From Candidatus Iainarchaeum sp. (GTDB lineage Archaea; Iainarchaeota; Iainarchaeia; Iainarchaeales; JAXPJC01), in NCBI GenBank assembly GCA_016187745.1, contig JACPJC010000006.1:1-64000 (forward strand): a stretch of DNA of 64,000 nucleotides, in the 5' to 3' direction. This document shows positions 18,767 through 33,030 of this stretch, piece by piece. How positions within the stretch are numbered: position 1 is the first letter of the stretch; every line of letters starts with the position of its first letter. Both the position numbers and the translations under genes were made by a program. The notes under the pieces were generated by a model. It searched no databases. It worked only from the letters and a program-made list of their open reading frames with translations, and was not told where the DNA came from.

Positions 18767-20581
18767 ATGGCGATTAAGACCAAGGTTTATATCAACGGAA
18801 GGCTCGTGGGGTTCCATGCAAGCGGGGAGAAGCTTGCGAAGGAGCTCATACAGAAGAGAAGGGCAGGAAAGCTTGAGAGGCTCATAAACATCGCATGGCA
18901 CGAGGACACTAATGAAGTGTACATAAACACCGATTCGGGGAGGGTGCAAAGGCCGCTGCTTGTTGTTGAGGACGGGAAAATAAAACTGACCGAGGAGCAT
19001 CTGAAGCTTGTGAAGGAAGGGAAGCTTTCATGGAAGGAGCTTGTTGAGAAGGGCATAATTGAATACCTTGATGCGGAGGAAGAGGAAAACACGCTCATTG
19101 CGCTGGATGAGGGCAGGCTTACGAAAGAGCACACGCATATGGAAATAAACCCGATTTCAATCCTCGGGCTGATGTGCGGAATGATTCCATACCTTGAGCA
19201 CAATCTCGCGGGAAAGGTCCTGCACGGCGCGAAAATGTTCAAGCAGGCGCTGGGAATAGGCACAATAAACCATTTTTTGCGCACTGACACAGAAAGCTAT
19301 CTCCTTTATTACCCGCAGAAATGCCTTGTGAAGACAAGGGTGATGGACCTTGCAAAAATGAATGAGAGGCCGCACATACAGAACCTTGTTGTGGCGCTCA
19401 TGCCCTACAGGGGCTTCAACATACTTGATGCTGTTGTGATAAACAAGGGCGCTGTTGACCGCGCTTTGGGAAGGGCGTCATATTTCAGGACCTATGAGGC
19501 ATATGAGAACCATTATCCCGGGGGGCAGATTGACAAGTTTGAAATCCCTGCGGCGGAAACTGTTGGCTACCTGGGGGAAGAATTCTACAAGAAGCTGGGG
19601 GAGGATGGCCTTGCTGAAATTGAATCCCCGATAAAAAGCGGCGAAGTGATTGCGGGAAGGACAAGCCCGCCAAGGTTCCTTGAGGAAATTTCCGAATTCG
19701 GGGTAATAAAGGAAAAAAGGAAGGAAAGCTCATTGAGCATAAGGAAGGGAAAGGAAGGTATTGTTGACACTGTAATGATTACTGAGGGAGACGGAAGGAA
19801 CAGGCTTGCAAAAATAAGAATCAGAAGTGAAATGATTCCGGAATTGGGCGACAAATTCTCAAGCAAGCACGGGCAGAAGGGAGTTGTTGGAATGATAATT
19901 CCCGAAGAGGACATGCCATTTACCGCAGAGGGGGTAAAGCCGGATTTGATTCTCAATCCCCATGCAATCCCGACAAGAATGACTATTGGCCATTTAATTG
20001 AAATGCTTGCTGGAAAGGCCGCGAGCCTTAAGGCCGAGGAGATTGATGGAACCCCCTTCAATGAGGTAAGCGAGGAGGAACTTAAAAAAATGCTCCTTGA
20101 ATCCGGCTTCAGGAATGATGGGAAAGAGACATTGTATGACGGGGTAACCGGGGAGAGGATTGAGGGGGAAGTGTTTGTGGGAATTGTTTCTTACAAGAGA
20201 TTGTTCCACATGGTTGCGCACAAGATGCAGGCAAGGGCCCGCGGGCCTGTGCAGATGCTCACAAGGCAGCCGACTGAAGGGAAGGAAAGGGAAGGGGGCC
20301 TGCGCTTCGGTGAGATGGAAGGCGAAACGCTTGTAGGGCACGGAGCCGCGATGCTGCTGCAGGAAAAGCTTGTTGAAGATTCGGACAAGGTAGTGGAGCT
20401 TGTGTGCGAGAGATGCGGAACCGTTGCAATCAACGACCAGATAAGGAACAGGAAATACTGCTCATTGTGCAAGGGAAGCAGGGTATACCCTGTTGAAATG
20501 ACCTATGGGTTCAAACTGCTTCTGGAAGAGCTGAAGGCGCTTGGAATAATGCCGAAACTTGTAATTGAGGATAAGGTGTAA
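18767..20581 (+). CDS. rpoB1: RNA polymerase subunit B' (Rpo2C)
   Basis: GDKFSSKHGQKG, NPHAIP.RMT, RQPTEG..REGGLRFGEME. Confidence 0.97.
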   Translation: MAIKTKVYINGRLVGFHASGEKLAKELIQKRRAGKLERLINIAWHEDTNEVYINTDSGRVQRPLLVVEDGKIKLTEEHLKLVKEGKLSWKELVEKGIIEYLDAEEEENTLIALDEGRLTKEHTHMEINPISILGLMCGMIPYLEHNLAGKVLHGAKMFKQALGIGTINHFLRTDTESYLLYYPQKCLVKTRVMDLAKMNERPHIQNLVVALMPYRGFNILDAVVINKGAVDRALGRASYFRTYEAYENHYPGGQIDKFEIPAAETVGYLGEEFYKKLGEDGLAEIESPIKSGEVIAGRTSPPRFLEEISEFGVIKEKRKESSLSIRKGKEGIVDTVMITEGDGRNRLAKIRIRSEMIPELGDKFSSKHGQKGVVGMIIPEEDMPFTAEGVKPDLILNPHAIPTRMTIGHLIEMLAGKAASLKAEEIDGTPFNEVSEEELKKMLLESGFRNDGKETLYDGVTGERIEGEVFVGIVSYKRLFHMVAHKMQARARGPVQMLTRQPTEGKEREGGLRFGEMEGETLVGHGAAMLLQEKLVEDSDKVVELVCERCGTVAINDQIRNRKYCSLCKGSRVYPVEMTYGFKLLLEELKALGIMPKLVIEDKV

Positions 20582-20583
20582 AA

Positions 20584-24736
<4,153 letters not shown>

Positions 24737-24741
24737 ATTTC

Positions 24742-25173
24742 ATGAAGTTAGGCAATGCAGAAATCCTGTACATCAATGCTCTTTCAAATGTCTGCGGCAC
24801 GAACGCGAAGTCGTGCATGATTGAGGGGGATTCGGTAATATTCCTTGTGAGGGAAGATGAGATAGGAAAAACAATAGGAAAGCACGGGTGCAATATCTCC
24901 GCACTGAGCAGGAAGCTCGGGAAAAAAATTGAGGTATTTGCGTTTGCTGAAAACGCGGGGGATTTTGTAAGGAAGGCATTTCCGAAAATTTCCTTTCAGG
25001 GGTTTGAGGAAGCGGATTCCGAAAGCGGGAAGAAAATCCTGCTTGCGGTGCTTGATTCCGAGAACAGGCGCGCACTGCTCGGGGAAGGCAGGAAGCTCAA
25101 GAGAATAAAAGAGGTTGCAAGAAGCAATTATAATATTGATGATATACAAATAAAAAGTGTTGAACGGCTATAG
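24742..25173 (+). CDS. nusA: Archaeal NusA
   Basis: KH motif IGKHG.NI; position between L30e and S12. Confidence 0.9.
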   Translation: MKLGNAEILYINALSNVCGTNAKSCMIEGDSVIFLVREDEIGKTIGKHGCNISALSRKLGKKIEVFAFAENAGDFVRKAFPKISFQGFEEADSESGKKILLAVLDSENRRALLGEGRKLKRIKEVARSNYNIDDIQIKSVERL

Positions 25174-25242
25174 CAGGATTAATAAATCAGCCATGCTAAA
25201 AGCTTTATTTGCTCAGCACTCTTTAAAAACAAGTGATATGAA

Positions 25243-25671
25243 ATGGGAAAAGGGGAATTCGCTGCGGAAAAGCTGGAAAAAGACTGGCACAAATGGCGCC
25301 TGAAAAAGAGAAGGGTAAAGCGCAGGCTGCTGGACGTTGGGGACAAATACGACTTGCTTGAGGGGGCGCCCCAGGCGCGCGGAATTGTCATTGAGAAGAG
25401 GGGAGTTGAGGCAAAGCAGCCGAATTCAGGCATAAGGAAATGCGTGCGCATACAACTGACCAAAAACGGAAGGCAGCTGACGGCGCTTGCGCCGCGCGAT
25501 GGCGCAATAAAATACATTGATGAGCATGATGAGGTTATTGTGGAGGGGATTGGCGGCAGCAAGAGCGGTCCCAAAGGGGACCTCTGGGGAGTGAAGTACA
25601 AGGTAATAAAAGTGAACGGCCAGTCCTTGGAAATGCTCAGGACAGGGAAAAAGGAGAAGGTAAAGAGGTGA
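25243..25671 (+). CDS. rps12: 30S ribosomal protein S12
   Basis: [19 protein letters not shown]. Confidence 0.97.
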   Translation: MGKGEFAAEKLEKDWHKWRLKKRRVKRRLLDVGDKYDLLEGAPQARGIVIEKRGVEAKQPNSGIRKCVRIQLTKNGRQLTALAPRDGAIKYIDEHDEVIVEGIGGSKSGPKGDLWGVKYKVIKVNGQSLEMLRTGKKEKVKR

Positions 25672-25679
25672 TGGTCTTT

Positions 25680-26282
25680 ATGGCGCTTTTATTCGGAAGA
25701 TGGGACACTGCAAATGTGAAAATATCGGATGCCGGGCTGGGCGCATATCTCAACCTTGATGCAAGGATAGTGCCCAATACTTTCGGAAAGGTAAGCAGGA
25801 AGGCGCTGAAGAAGGCGAATGTGAGCATTGTGGAAAGGCTTGCAAACAAGATAATGCGCTCAGGGCAGGGAAAAAGGAAATTGTCCGGAAAATACATAAG
25901 GGGAAGGGGCTCGTGCGGAAAAAAACTGCAGGCCCTTGAGATTGTTGAGAAGGCGCTGATGATTGTGGAGAGGGAAACAAAGGAAAATCCCGTGCAGGCA
26001 TTGGTAAGGGCTGTTGAGAATTCCGCCCCGAGGGAAGACACGACAAGGATTGAAAGGGGGGGCATAACATACACGCAGGCAGTGGACATTTCCCCCATGC
26101 GCAGGGCCGATGAGGCGCTGAAAAACATTGCGCTTGCGGGATTTGCAGCAAGCTTCAACAACAGGACACCTGCGGAGGCAGCGCTTGCAAAGGAAATCAT
26201 TGCTGCATCAAAAGAGGAATCCTCAAGCTATGCGGTGAGAAGGCGCGATGAGATAGAAAGGATTGCAAAAGGAAGTAGATAA
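25680..26282 (+). CDS. rps7: 30S ribosomal protein S7
   Basis: NPVQ.LV.A.ENSAPRE, AVD.SP.RR. Confidence 0.97.
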   Translation: MALLFGRWDTANVKISDAGLGAYLNLDARIVPNTFGKVSRKALKKANVSIVERLANKIMRSGQGKRKLSGKYIRGRGSCGKKLQALEIVEKALMIVERETKENPVQALVRAVENSAPREDTTRIERGGITYTQAVDISPMRRADEALKNIALAGFAASFNNRTPAEAALAKEIIAASKEESSSYAVRRRDEIERIAKGSR

Positions 26283-26291
26283 CTGATTTTT

Positions 26292-28487
26292 ATGGCGCGA
26301 AAGGAAGATGTTGCGCAGATTGCGCAGAAGATGATGCACCGGCAGAATAACATACGCAACATTGGCACTGTCGCGCACATCGACCATGGGAAAACAACGC
26401 TTTCTGACAATCTTGTCGCAGCCGCGGGGCTTATAAGCTCGGAGCTTGCGGGGAAGCAGCAGTTCATGGACTATTATGAATTGGAGCAGGAGCGCGGAAT
26501 TACAATAAATGCGGCAAATGTTTCAATGGTCCATAATGTTAACGGGGAGGATTATCTGATCAATCTGATTGACACTCCGGGGCATGTTGATTTCGGGGGG
26601 GAGGTAATAAGGGCAATGCGCGCAGTTGACGGGGTCATTTTGGTAGTGGATTCTGTTGAGGGGGTAATGCCGCAGACGGAAACTGTAATAAGGCAGGCAT
26701 TGCGCGAGAAAGTAAAGCCGGTTCTTTTCATAAACAAGGTTGACAGGCTTGTGAATGAGCTGCAGCTTACGGAGCAGCAGATGCAGGAGCGCTTCATAAA
26801 AACAATAACGCAGGTAAATGCGCTGATAAAGAGAGGGGCAGCAGATGAGTTCAAGGAAAAATGGCAGGTTCGCGTTCAGGACGGAAGCGTAACATTCGGC
26901 TCCGCTTACAATAATTGGGCATTGAATTCTGACACGATTGCGGAAAACAAGATGGGCTTCAAGGAAGTCTATGAGTACTGCAAAAACGGCAAACAGAAGG
27001 AGCTTGCTCAGAAAACCAAGCTGCACTCCGCGGTTCTGGGAATGGTTGTAAAGCACCTGCCTTCCCCTGTGCAGGCGCAGAAATACAGGATTCCAACAAT
27101 CTGGACGGGGGATCCGGAAAGTGAAGAGGGCAAGGCAATGATGGGCTGCGACCCCAACGGGCCTGTGGCAATGATGGTAAATGACGTTACTGTTGACCCG
27201 CACGCGGGGGATGTCGCAACAGGAAGGATTTATTCCGGAACCATAAGGCGCGGAACCCTTGTAAAGCTTATAGGCATGCAGAAGGATGTAAGCGTGCAGC
27301 AGGTCTGCCTTTACATGGGCCCTGAAAGGATTACGGTTGATGAGATTCCCTCGGGGAATATCGCGGCTATTGTGGGAATAAGGGAAGTTTATGCGGGAGA
27401 AACAATCTCAACAGCGAAAATAAAGGAATTTGAAAGCTTCATGACTACTGTAGAGCCGGTAATGACTGTCAGCGTTGAGCCGAAATCAACAAAGGACCTT
27501 CCGAAACTTATTGAGGTTGTAAGGCAGATTTCAAAGGAAGACCCGAATGTCAAAGCTACACTAAACCAGGAGACGGGGGAGCATCTGCTTTCAGGCATGG
27601 GGGAACTGCATCTTGAAATCACTAAATACAGGATTGAGGTTGACCATAAGGTTCCCATTGAAGTTAGCACTCCGATTGTTGTTTACAAGGAAACAATTGC
27701 AAAGGGCTCCCCGACGCTCGAGGGAAAATCCCCGAACAAGCACAACAAGTTCAAGCTGCGCGTTGAGCCCATGGAAGAGGAAATCAGGCTGAAGCTTATT
27801 GAGGCAAGGCTGCAGGGAAAAGTTAGGGAAAAGGACAAGGAGATTGTCCCGAAATTAATGGATATTGGATTTACAAGGGACGAGGCAAAGAGCGCATGGG
27901 CAATACACAACAACAACATAATTATTGATGAATCCCGCGGTGTGCAGTATTTGAATGAAGTAAAGGAGCTTGTGATTCAGGGCTTTACTGATGCGATGAA
28001 TGAGGGGCCGCTGGCGAAGGAGCGCTGCATAGGGGTGAAGGTTTACATTGATGATGCCAATCTGCACGAGGACGCGATTCATCGCGGGCCGGCGCAGGTG
28101 CTTCCTGCGGTTACGCGCACAATATACGCGTGCATGCTTTCCGCGGACGCATTGCTGCTTGAACCGAAGCAAATCCTTACAATAAATGTGCCGCAGGATT
28201 ATATGGGCTCTGCAGCCAAGGAGCTGGGCGCTCGCAGGACGCAGATAAATGAAATGCGCACCGAGGGGGACACTGCACTCATAATTGCAAAGGCGCCGGT
28301 TAAGGAGCTTATTGGATTTTCGGCCGCAATAAGAAGCGCAACGCAGGGGCGCGCCGTATGGACCGCGGAATATGCGGGCTATGAGAAATTGCCTCGCGAA
28401 CTGCAGGCGCAGGTTGTAAGGGAAACAAGGCAGAGAAAGGGCATGGACATTGAAGTTAAGCCCTACCAGTTCTTCCTGGAATCGTAA
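26292..28487 (+). CDS. fusA: Elongation factor EF-2
   Basis: AHIDHGKTT, DTPGHVDF, NKVD; diphthamide loop DAIHRG intact. Confidence 0.98.
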   Translation: MARKEDVAQIAQKMMHRQNNIRNIGTVAHIDHGKTTLSDNLVAAAGLISSELAGKQQFMDYYELEQERGITINAANVSMVHNVNGEDYLINLIDTPGHVDFGGEVIRAMRAVDGVILVVDSVEGVMPQTETVIRQALREKVKPVLFINKVDRLVNELQLTEQQMQERFIKTITQVNALIKRGAADEFKEKWQVRVQDGSVTFGSAYNNWALNSDTIAENKMGFKEVYEYCKNGKQKELAQKTKLHSAVLGMVVKHLPSPVQAQKYRIPTIWTGDPESEEGKAMMGCDPNGPVAMMVNDVTVDPHAGDVATGRIYSGTIRRGTLVKLIGMQKDVSVQQVCLYMGPERITVDEIPSGNIAAIVGIREVYAGETISTAKIKEFESFMTTVEPVMTVSVEPKSTKDLPKLIEVVRQISKEDPNVKATLNQETGEHLLSGMGELHLEITKYRIEVDHKVPIEVSTPIVVYKETIAKGSPTLEGKSPNKHNKFKLRVEPMEEEIRLKLIEARLQGKVREKDKEIVPKLMDIGFTRDEAKSAWAIHNNNIIIDESRGVQYLNEVKELVIQGFTDAMNEGPLAKERCIGVKVYIDDANLHEDAIHRGPAQVLPAVTRTIYACMLSADALLLEPKQILTINVPQDYMGSAAKELGARRTQINEMRTEGDTALIIAKAPVKELIGFSAAIRSATQGRAVWTAEYAGYEKLPRELQAQVVRETRQRKGMDIEVKPYQFFLES

Positions 28488-28698
28488 AGAGCCCTGGCAT
28501 AAATGCCAAGGCGCTTAACATTCAGCGCCAAGGTTCTTTGGTAAAAAACTGCGTAAAATAGAACGCTTTTTAAACCTTTTTGAATGAAAATAATAATATA
28601 GCAAACTCTAATTAACCTTCACTGGTTTATCATTAGGTTAATTGTGTTCAAATCCAGATTTAGGGAAACCTAATGCAATTGTTTCGGAGGATGAAATT

Positions 28699-29979
28699 AT
28701 GGCGGATAAACCACACGTAAATTTGGTTTTCATTGGCCATGTTGACCATGGCAAATCCACACTCGTGGGAAGGCTTTTGTATGATACGGGCGCATTAAGC
28801 GAGCAGGATTACCGCAAGCTTAAGGCGGAAGCTGATGCCCAGGGAAAGGGCACATTTGTGTTTGCATATGTGATGGACACATTGAAAGAGGAAAGGGAGC
28901 GCGGAGTGACAATTGATGTTTCCTACAAGAAATTTGACGGGAAGAAAAACAACTTCACAATAATCGATGCTCCGGGGCACAGGGATTTTGTAAAGAACAT
29001 GATTACAGGCACTTCGCAGGCCGATGCCGCGGTTCTTGTTGTTTCTGCAAAAGAGGGAGTGCAGCCCCAGACAAAGGAGCATGCGTTCCTTGCGCAGGTA
29101 ATGGGCCTGAAGCAGCTAATAATTGCAGTAAACAAGATGGACGAGATGAAATACGAGCAGAAGGCATTTGACACGCTTAAGGCTGACCTTTCAAAGCTCC
29201 TTTCTGCTGTCGGATATAAGATGGATACAATTCTTTTCGTTCCGGTATCCGCATGGGTAGGGGACAATGTTGCAAAGGCAAGCAGCAATTTGGGATGGTA
29301 CAAAGGCCCAACGCTTGTTGAGGCCCTTGACACCGTTGTTGCGCCGAAGCCACCGACAGACAAGCCATTGAGATTGCCAATACAGGATGTTTACAACATA
29401 AAAGGGGTAGGGACAGTCCCTGTTGGAAGGGTAGAAACAGGGATAATGAAGCCAGGGGATTCTGTAATAGTAAATCCCCCGGGAGTGAGCGGCGAAGTGA
29501 AAACAATTGAGATGCACCACGAGCAGCTTACGCAGGCCGTTCCAGGGGACAATGTCGGCTTCAATGTAAGGGGCATAAACAAGGAAGACATAACACGCGG
29601 GGACGTTTTGGGCCACACAAGGGACCCCCCAACTGTTGTGAAGGATTTCATAGCGCAGATTGTTGTGCTGAACCACCCAACAGCGATTCCTGTGAATTAC
29701 ACGCCTGTGTTCCACATACACACTGCGCAGCTTTCATGCGCATTGACGGAACTGCAGAAGAAAATCGACCCAAAAACCGGAGCTACAGTCGAGGAAAATC
29801 CGAAATTCCTCAAGACAGGCGATGCCGCAATAGTGAAGATTGTTCCCACAAAGGCGGTTGTAATTGAGGAATACAAGAAATTCCCGCAATTGGGAAGGTT
29901 TGCCATAAGGGACATGGGGCAGACCGTTGCCGCAGGGATTGTAACTTCAGTAACGCTGAGGCCTCCGGGCGGAAAGTGA
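28699..29979 (+). CDS. tuf: Elongation factor EF-1 alpha
   Basis: [34 protein letters not shown]. Confidence 0.98.
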   Translation: MADKPHVNLVFIGHVDHGKSTLVGRLLYDTGALSEQDYRKLKAEADAQGKGTFVFAYVMDTLKEERERGVTIDVSYKKFDGKKNNFTIIDAPGHRDFVKNMITGTSQADAAVLVVSAKEGVQPQTKEHAFLAQVMGLKQLIIAVNKMDEMKYEQKAFDTLKADLSKLLSAVGYKMDTILFVPVSAWVGDNVAKASSNLGWYKGPTLVEALDTVVAPKPPTDKPLRLPIQDVYNIKGVGTVPVGRVETGIMKPGDSVIVNPPGVSGEVKTIEMHHEQLTQAVPGDNVGFNVRGINKEDITRGDVLGHTRDPPTVVKDFIAQIVVLNHPTAIPVNYTPVFHIHTAQLSCALTELQKKIDPKTGATVEENPKFLKTGDAAIVKIVPTKAVVIEEYKKFPQLGRFAIRDMGQTVAAGIVTSVTLRPPGGK

Positions 29980-30010
29980 ATCTTTGTTTTTGATTTTTTA
30001 TCAAAATATA

Positions 30011-30096
30011 TTTTCTTTTTTCAAGGTTTTTTCTTTTTAGAAAGAAAAAAGCTGTTTTCTTTTTCCAGGTTTTTCTTTTTCGAAAAGAAAAAGCTG
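30011..30096. repeat. Tandem ~43-bp repeat with T-rich/A-rich hairpins (probable terminator region)
   Basis: 30011-30054 ~ 30055-30096; each unit has GGTTTTTCTTT..AAAGAAAAAGCT. Confidence 0.7.
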
Positions 30097-30144
30097 TTCA
30101 AGACTTTTTCGTTAAAAAAGTTTTGGGTGCAAAGGTGAGTCAAA

Positions 30145-30456
30145 ATGCAAAAAGCGCGCATAAAATTGAGCAGCCCTGATTATGGCACCTTGAACGGAAT
30201 ATGCACCCAGATAATTGATGTTGCCGAGCGCACAGGGGTTAAGCACTCCGGCAGCATTCCATTGCCCACAAGGAAAATGGTAATCCCCACAAGGAAGAGC
30301 CCGTGCGGGGGGGGCACGCACACCTTTGACCACTGGGAAATGCGCGTGCACAAGCGCCTCATTGACATTGAGGCTGATGAGCGCACCTTGCGCAGGATTA
30401 TGCGCGTTGAGATTCCCGAAAACGTTAAAGTGGAAATCGAGCTGAAGGAAGCCTGA
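30145..30456 (+). CDS. rps10: 30S ribosomal protein S10
   Basis: [26 protein letters not shown]. Confidence 0.97.
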   Translation: MQKARIKLSSPDYGTLNGICTQIIDVAERTGVKHSGSIPLPTRKMVIPTRKSPCGGGTHTFDHWEMRVHKRLIDIEADERTLRRIMRVEIPENVKVEIELKEA

Positions 30457-30791
30457 TGGGAAATTTTAGGTTTATTGGAAGATTCAACTTTTTAGCAGGG
30501 ATAAAACGCAGAAGAAAGGCAAATCCGCACTATTCAGGGATGCTTGAAATCGGGCAGCTTGCTGAAGTTGTTGAAAAAGACCCTGCAAAGCGCAAACTGT
30601 TTGAGGTTTGGGGCTATGCTTCCGAACTTTCGGAAAAGAGGCTTGTTGAGAAGGGGCTGGCTCCAGAAGCAATAAAATTCTTTGTTGGGGAAGGAATATT
30701 GATTAAGCTTCCTGTAACTTTTGGCGGGGCAAGATATTTTCTTAGCCAGGACAGGGGGATTTCGCTCCTTTCCAAATTCAAAAAGGAATAA
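30456..30791 (+). CDS. Hypothetical protein
   Basis: Coupled to S10 stop; basic N-terminus. Confidence 0.55.
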   Translation: MGNFRFIGRFNFLAGIKRRRKANPHYSGMLEIGQLAEVVEKDPAKRKLFEVWGYASELSEKRLVEKGLAPEAIKFFVGEGILIKLPVTFGGARYFLSQDRGISLLSKFKKE

Positions 30792-30802
30792 TTATATGCA
30801 AA

Positions 30803-31141
30803 TCAGAGCATTTTTGCGCGCTTCTTCAGCATTGTAATAATATCTTCAACAACTTTCTTTTCCACAGCTTTATTCTCTGCAGCATTAAGGCGCCTTCCGA
30901 GTTCTGCGCTCCTTGCGCCCTTCAGGTGCATGGCCAGGATGTTTGCCCAATAGCCGAGCTCGGATTTTCTGCTGCGCCATGTGCCTTTCATTACAAGCCC
31001 GTTTATCATATGCCCTGCGGTTATGCCCCCGCCGTCAATATTCACCTCCCTGCCTGATTGCCTGATGCCCTGCATCATCGCGCGCCTGCATTCCAAAAGA
31101 TTCCTTGCAGTATGCTCACCTGCTTTTTTAATTGCCTGCAT
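30803..31141 (-). CDS. Hypothetical basic protein
   Basis: ORF divergent from archease; no recognised motif. Confidence 0.5.
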   Translation of the reverse strand: MQAIKKAGEHTARNLLECRRAMMQGIRQSGREVNIDGGGITAGHMINGLVMKGTWRSRKSELGYWANILAMHLKGARSAELGRRLNAAENKAVEKKVVEDIITMLKKRAKML

Positions 31142-31197
31142 CAATTAAACACCATACGCGAATTGTTTATAAACAGAATTTTGCATTCTTATTTGTG

Positions 31198-31629
31198 ATG
31201 CAGGACTTCGAATATCTTGAGCACACCGCTGATGCGAAGTTCCGCGCTTTCGGAAGCACGCTTGCAGAGTGCTTTGGGAACAGCGCGAAAGCGATGGTAA
31301 ATGTAGTGTGCGCGCTGGAGAAAATTGAAGCGAAGGAAGAAACTGAAATAAATGCGGAGGCCGAGAGTTCCGAGGACCTTCTGCACAAGTTCCTTGAAAA
31401 CCTTCTATTTGAGATTGAAACGCGCGGGATGCTTTATTCTGAATTCAGGATTGAAATAGGCAATGACAGGACAAAATGGTTTTTGAAGTGCATTGCGCGC
31501 GGGGAAGAAATAAATCTGGAAAGGCATTCCATAAAGTCGGAAATAAAGGCCGTAACGTGGCACGAGTTTTTCCTGCGCAAGGATGCGGAAATTAACAAAT
31601 GGGTTGCGCAGGTTATTGTGGATATTTGA
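31198..31629 (+). CDS. Archease
   Basis: YLEHTAD, A.G.TL.E.F, EIKAVT.H, DI C-terminus. Confidence 0.93.
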   Translation: MQDFEYLEHTADAKFRAFGSTLAECFGNSAKAMVNVVCALEKIEAKEETEINAEAESSEDLLHKFLENLLFEIETRGMLYSEFRIEIGNDRTKWFLKCIARGEEINLERHSIKSEIKAVTWHEFFLRKDAEINKWVAQVIVDI

Positions 31630-31638
31630 GGGATTTAC

Positions 31639-32388
31639 ATGAAGGGTTTGCTTTCAAAATTTGCTTTCTGGAAAAGAGCAAAAACACAGAAGTGGAAGGG
31701 GGAACTGAACCTAAAGGCTATTAAGAGAAAAAACTGGTTTTTGGCATATTCGCCTGAGGCCCGGAGTTTCATTGCCAAAAATAAGAAAGTGCTGCGCAGC
31801 ATTTATGAATTCGTTCACAACGAAGATAATATTAAAAGGTTGAAAAATAGTGCAATCGGGATTGATGTTGGAGGCGGAATTCATATTGGCTACGATGCGA
31901 CCGGCTTGCTTTACCGAGGCGAGCCATCCGTAACTTCAACCCTGAAGGTAAGTGTCGCAGGGAAGGTGTTTTTTGTAAAGATAAATAAAACAAATATGGA
32001 AAAGGCTGCAGATGTTCTGCATAGCACGCAAGTTATGGAAAAATATCTCAGAAAGAGGCACTATAAGGTTGGGGAGTTTAATGTGCGCGTAATCAAGCCA
32101 ATGCTGCTGTACGAGCCAACCGGGGGCAAGACCTATGTTGCAACAGAATTTTACAAGGAGGGGGATGTGATATTAATTTATGATATGGAATACCATAACT
32201 TCGCAGACTATCGCGGGATAAAAGGCGGTTTGAAATACGGAAGAGACCTGAGATTCAGCGAGCTGAGAAAGACAATTCAGGCCATACGGATGGATGATGA
32301 AAACAAAGCGGGAGATGTGTTTACTCACAATGCATTTTATCAGCCTAAAACAAACACAATTTTGCTATTTGATTTGCGCAGGCACTAA
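31639..32388 (+). CDS. Protein-kinase-like fold orphan
   Basis: VFFVK (beta3 Lys), V.VIKP, YVATEFY hinge, D....NAFY...ILLFD. Confidence 0.5.
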   Translation: MKGLLSKFAFWKRAKTQKWKGELNLKAIKRKNWFLAYSPEARSFIAKNKKVLRSIYEFVHNEDNIKRLKNSAIGIDVGGGIHIGYDATGLLYRGEPSVTSTLKVSVAGKVFFVKINKTNMEKAADVLHSTQVMEKYLRKRHYKVGEFNVRVIKPMLLYEPTGGKTYVATEFYKEGDVILIYDMEYHNFADYRGIKGGLKYGRDLRFSELRKTIQAIRMDDENKAGDVFTHNAFYQPKTNTILLFDLRRH

Positions 32389-32394
32389 TGAGGG

Positions 32395-32850
32395 ATGGAA
32401 AAAATGAAACTCGCAATTGCTTCCGACCATGGCGGATTTGAATTGAAAAATTACATAATGGAATCTTTAGTAAAGGAGAAATACGATATTGAGGATTTCG
32501 GCTGCGACAGCGCGGAGAGCTGCGATTATCCTGATTATGCGCTGAAGGTCGCGGATGCGGTTGCTTGCGGAAACGCTGAATTCGGAATTCTTGTCTGCGG
32601 CACAGGAATCGGGATGTCAATGGCGGCAAACAAAGTGAGGGGAATCCGCGCCGCAGTTGCAAGCAGCGCGGAGCAGGCAAAACTTGCGAGGGAGCACAAC
32701 AATGCGAATGTTCTCTGCATCGGGGGAAGGATTTTGCAGAAAGAGCAGGCGGAGCAAATAGTTAAAACCTTTCTCACTACATATTTTACAAATGAGGAAA
32801 GGCATTTGAGAAGGGTAAATAAAATAATGGAAATTGAAAAATTAAAATAA
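32395..32850 (+). CDS. rpiB: Ribose-5-phosphate isomerase B
   Basis: SDHGG, DYPD, CGTGIG.S..ANK..GIRAA, HNNAN. Confidence 0.95.
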   Translation: MEKMKLAIASDHGGFELKNYIMESLVKEKYDIEDFGCDSAESCDYPDYALKVADAVACGNAEFGILVCGTGIGMSMAANKVRGIRAAVASSAEQAKLAREHNNANVLCIGGRILQKEQAEQIVKTFLTTYFTNEERHLRRVNKIMEIEKLK

Positions 32851-32866
32851 AAAATGTGCTGCAAAG

Positions 32867-33030
32867 GTTCATTTCTGTTCACATCCCTGCTTATTAACCT
32901 GCTCATTCGGTGCATTCGGCCATAAAAAAGGTGTTTTTTGGACATTTGCCTTGTTCATTCCTGTTCAGCCCCCTGCTTATTAACAGTTCATGTGCATATC
33001 TGGCTATGGAAAAAGTGGTTTTTGGGCATT
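32867..33030 (+). repeat. Imperfect ~80-bp tandem duplication of promoter and start of the surface-protein gene
   Basis: 32867-32946 ~ 32953-33030; shared GTTCAtt(t/c)ctGTTCA and CCCTGCTTATTAAC. Confidence 0.8.

Noticed and set aside
32910-33005. N-terminal extension of the surface protein (GTG 32910)
   Set aside because: It is the degenerate promoter duplication; the signal peptide starts at ATG 33006
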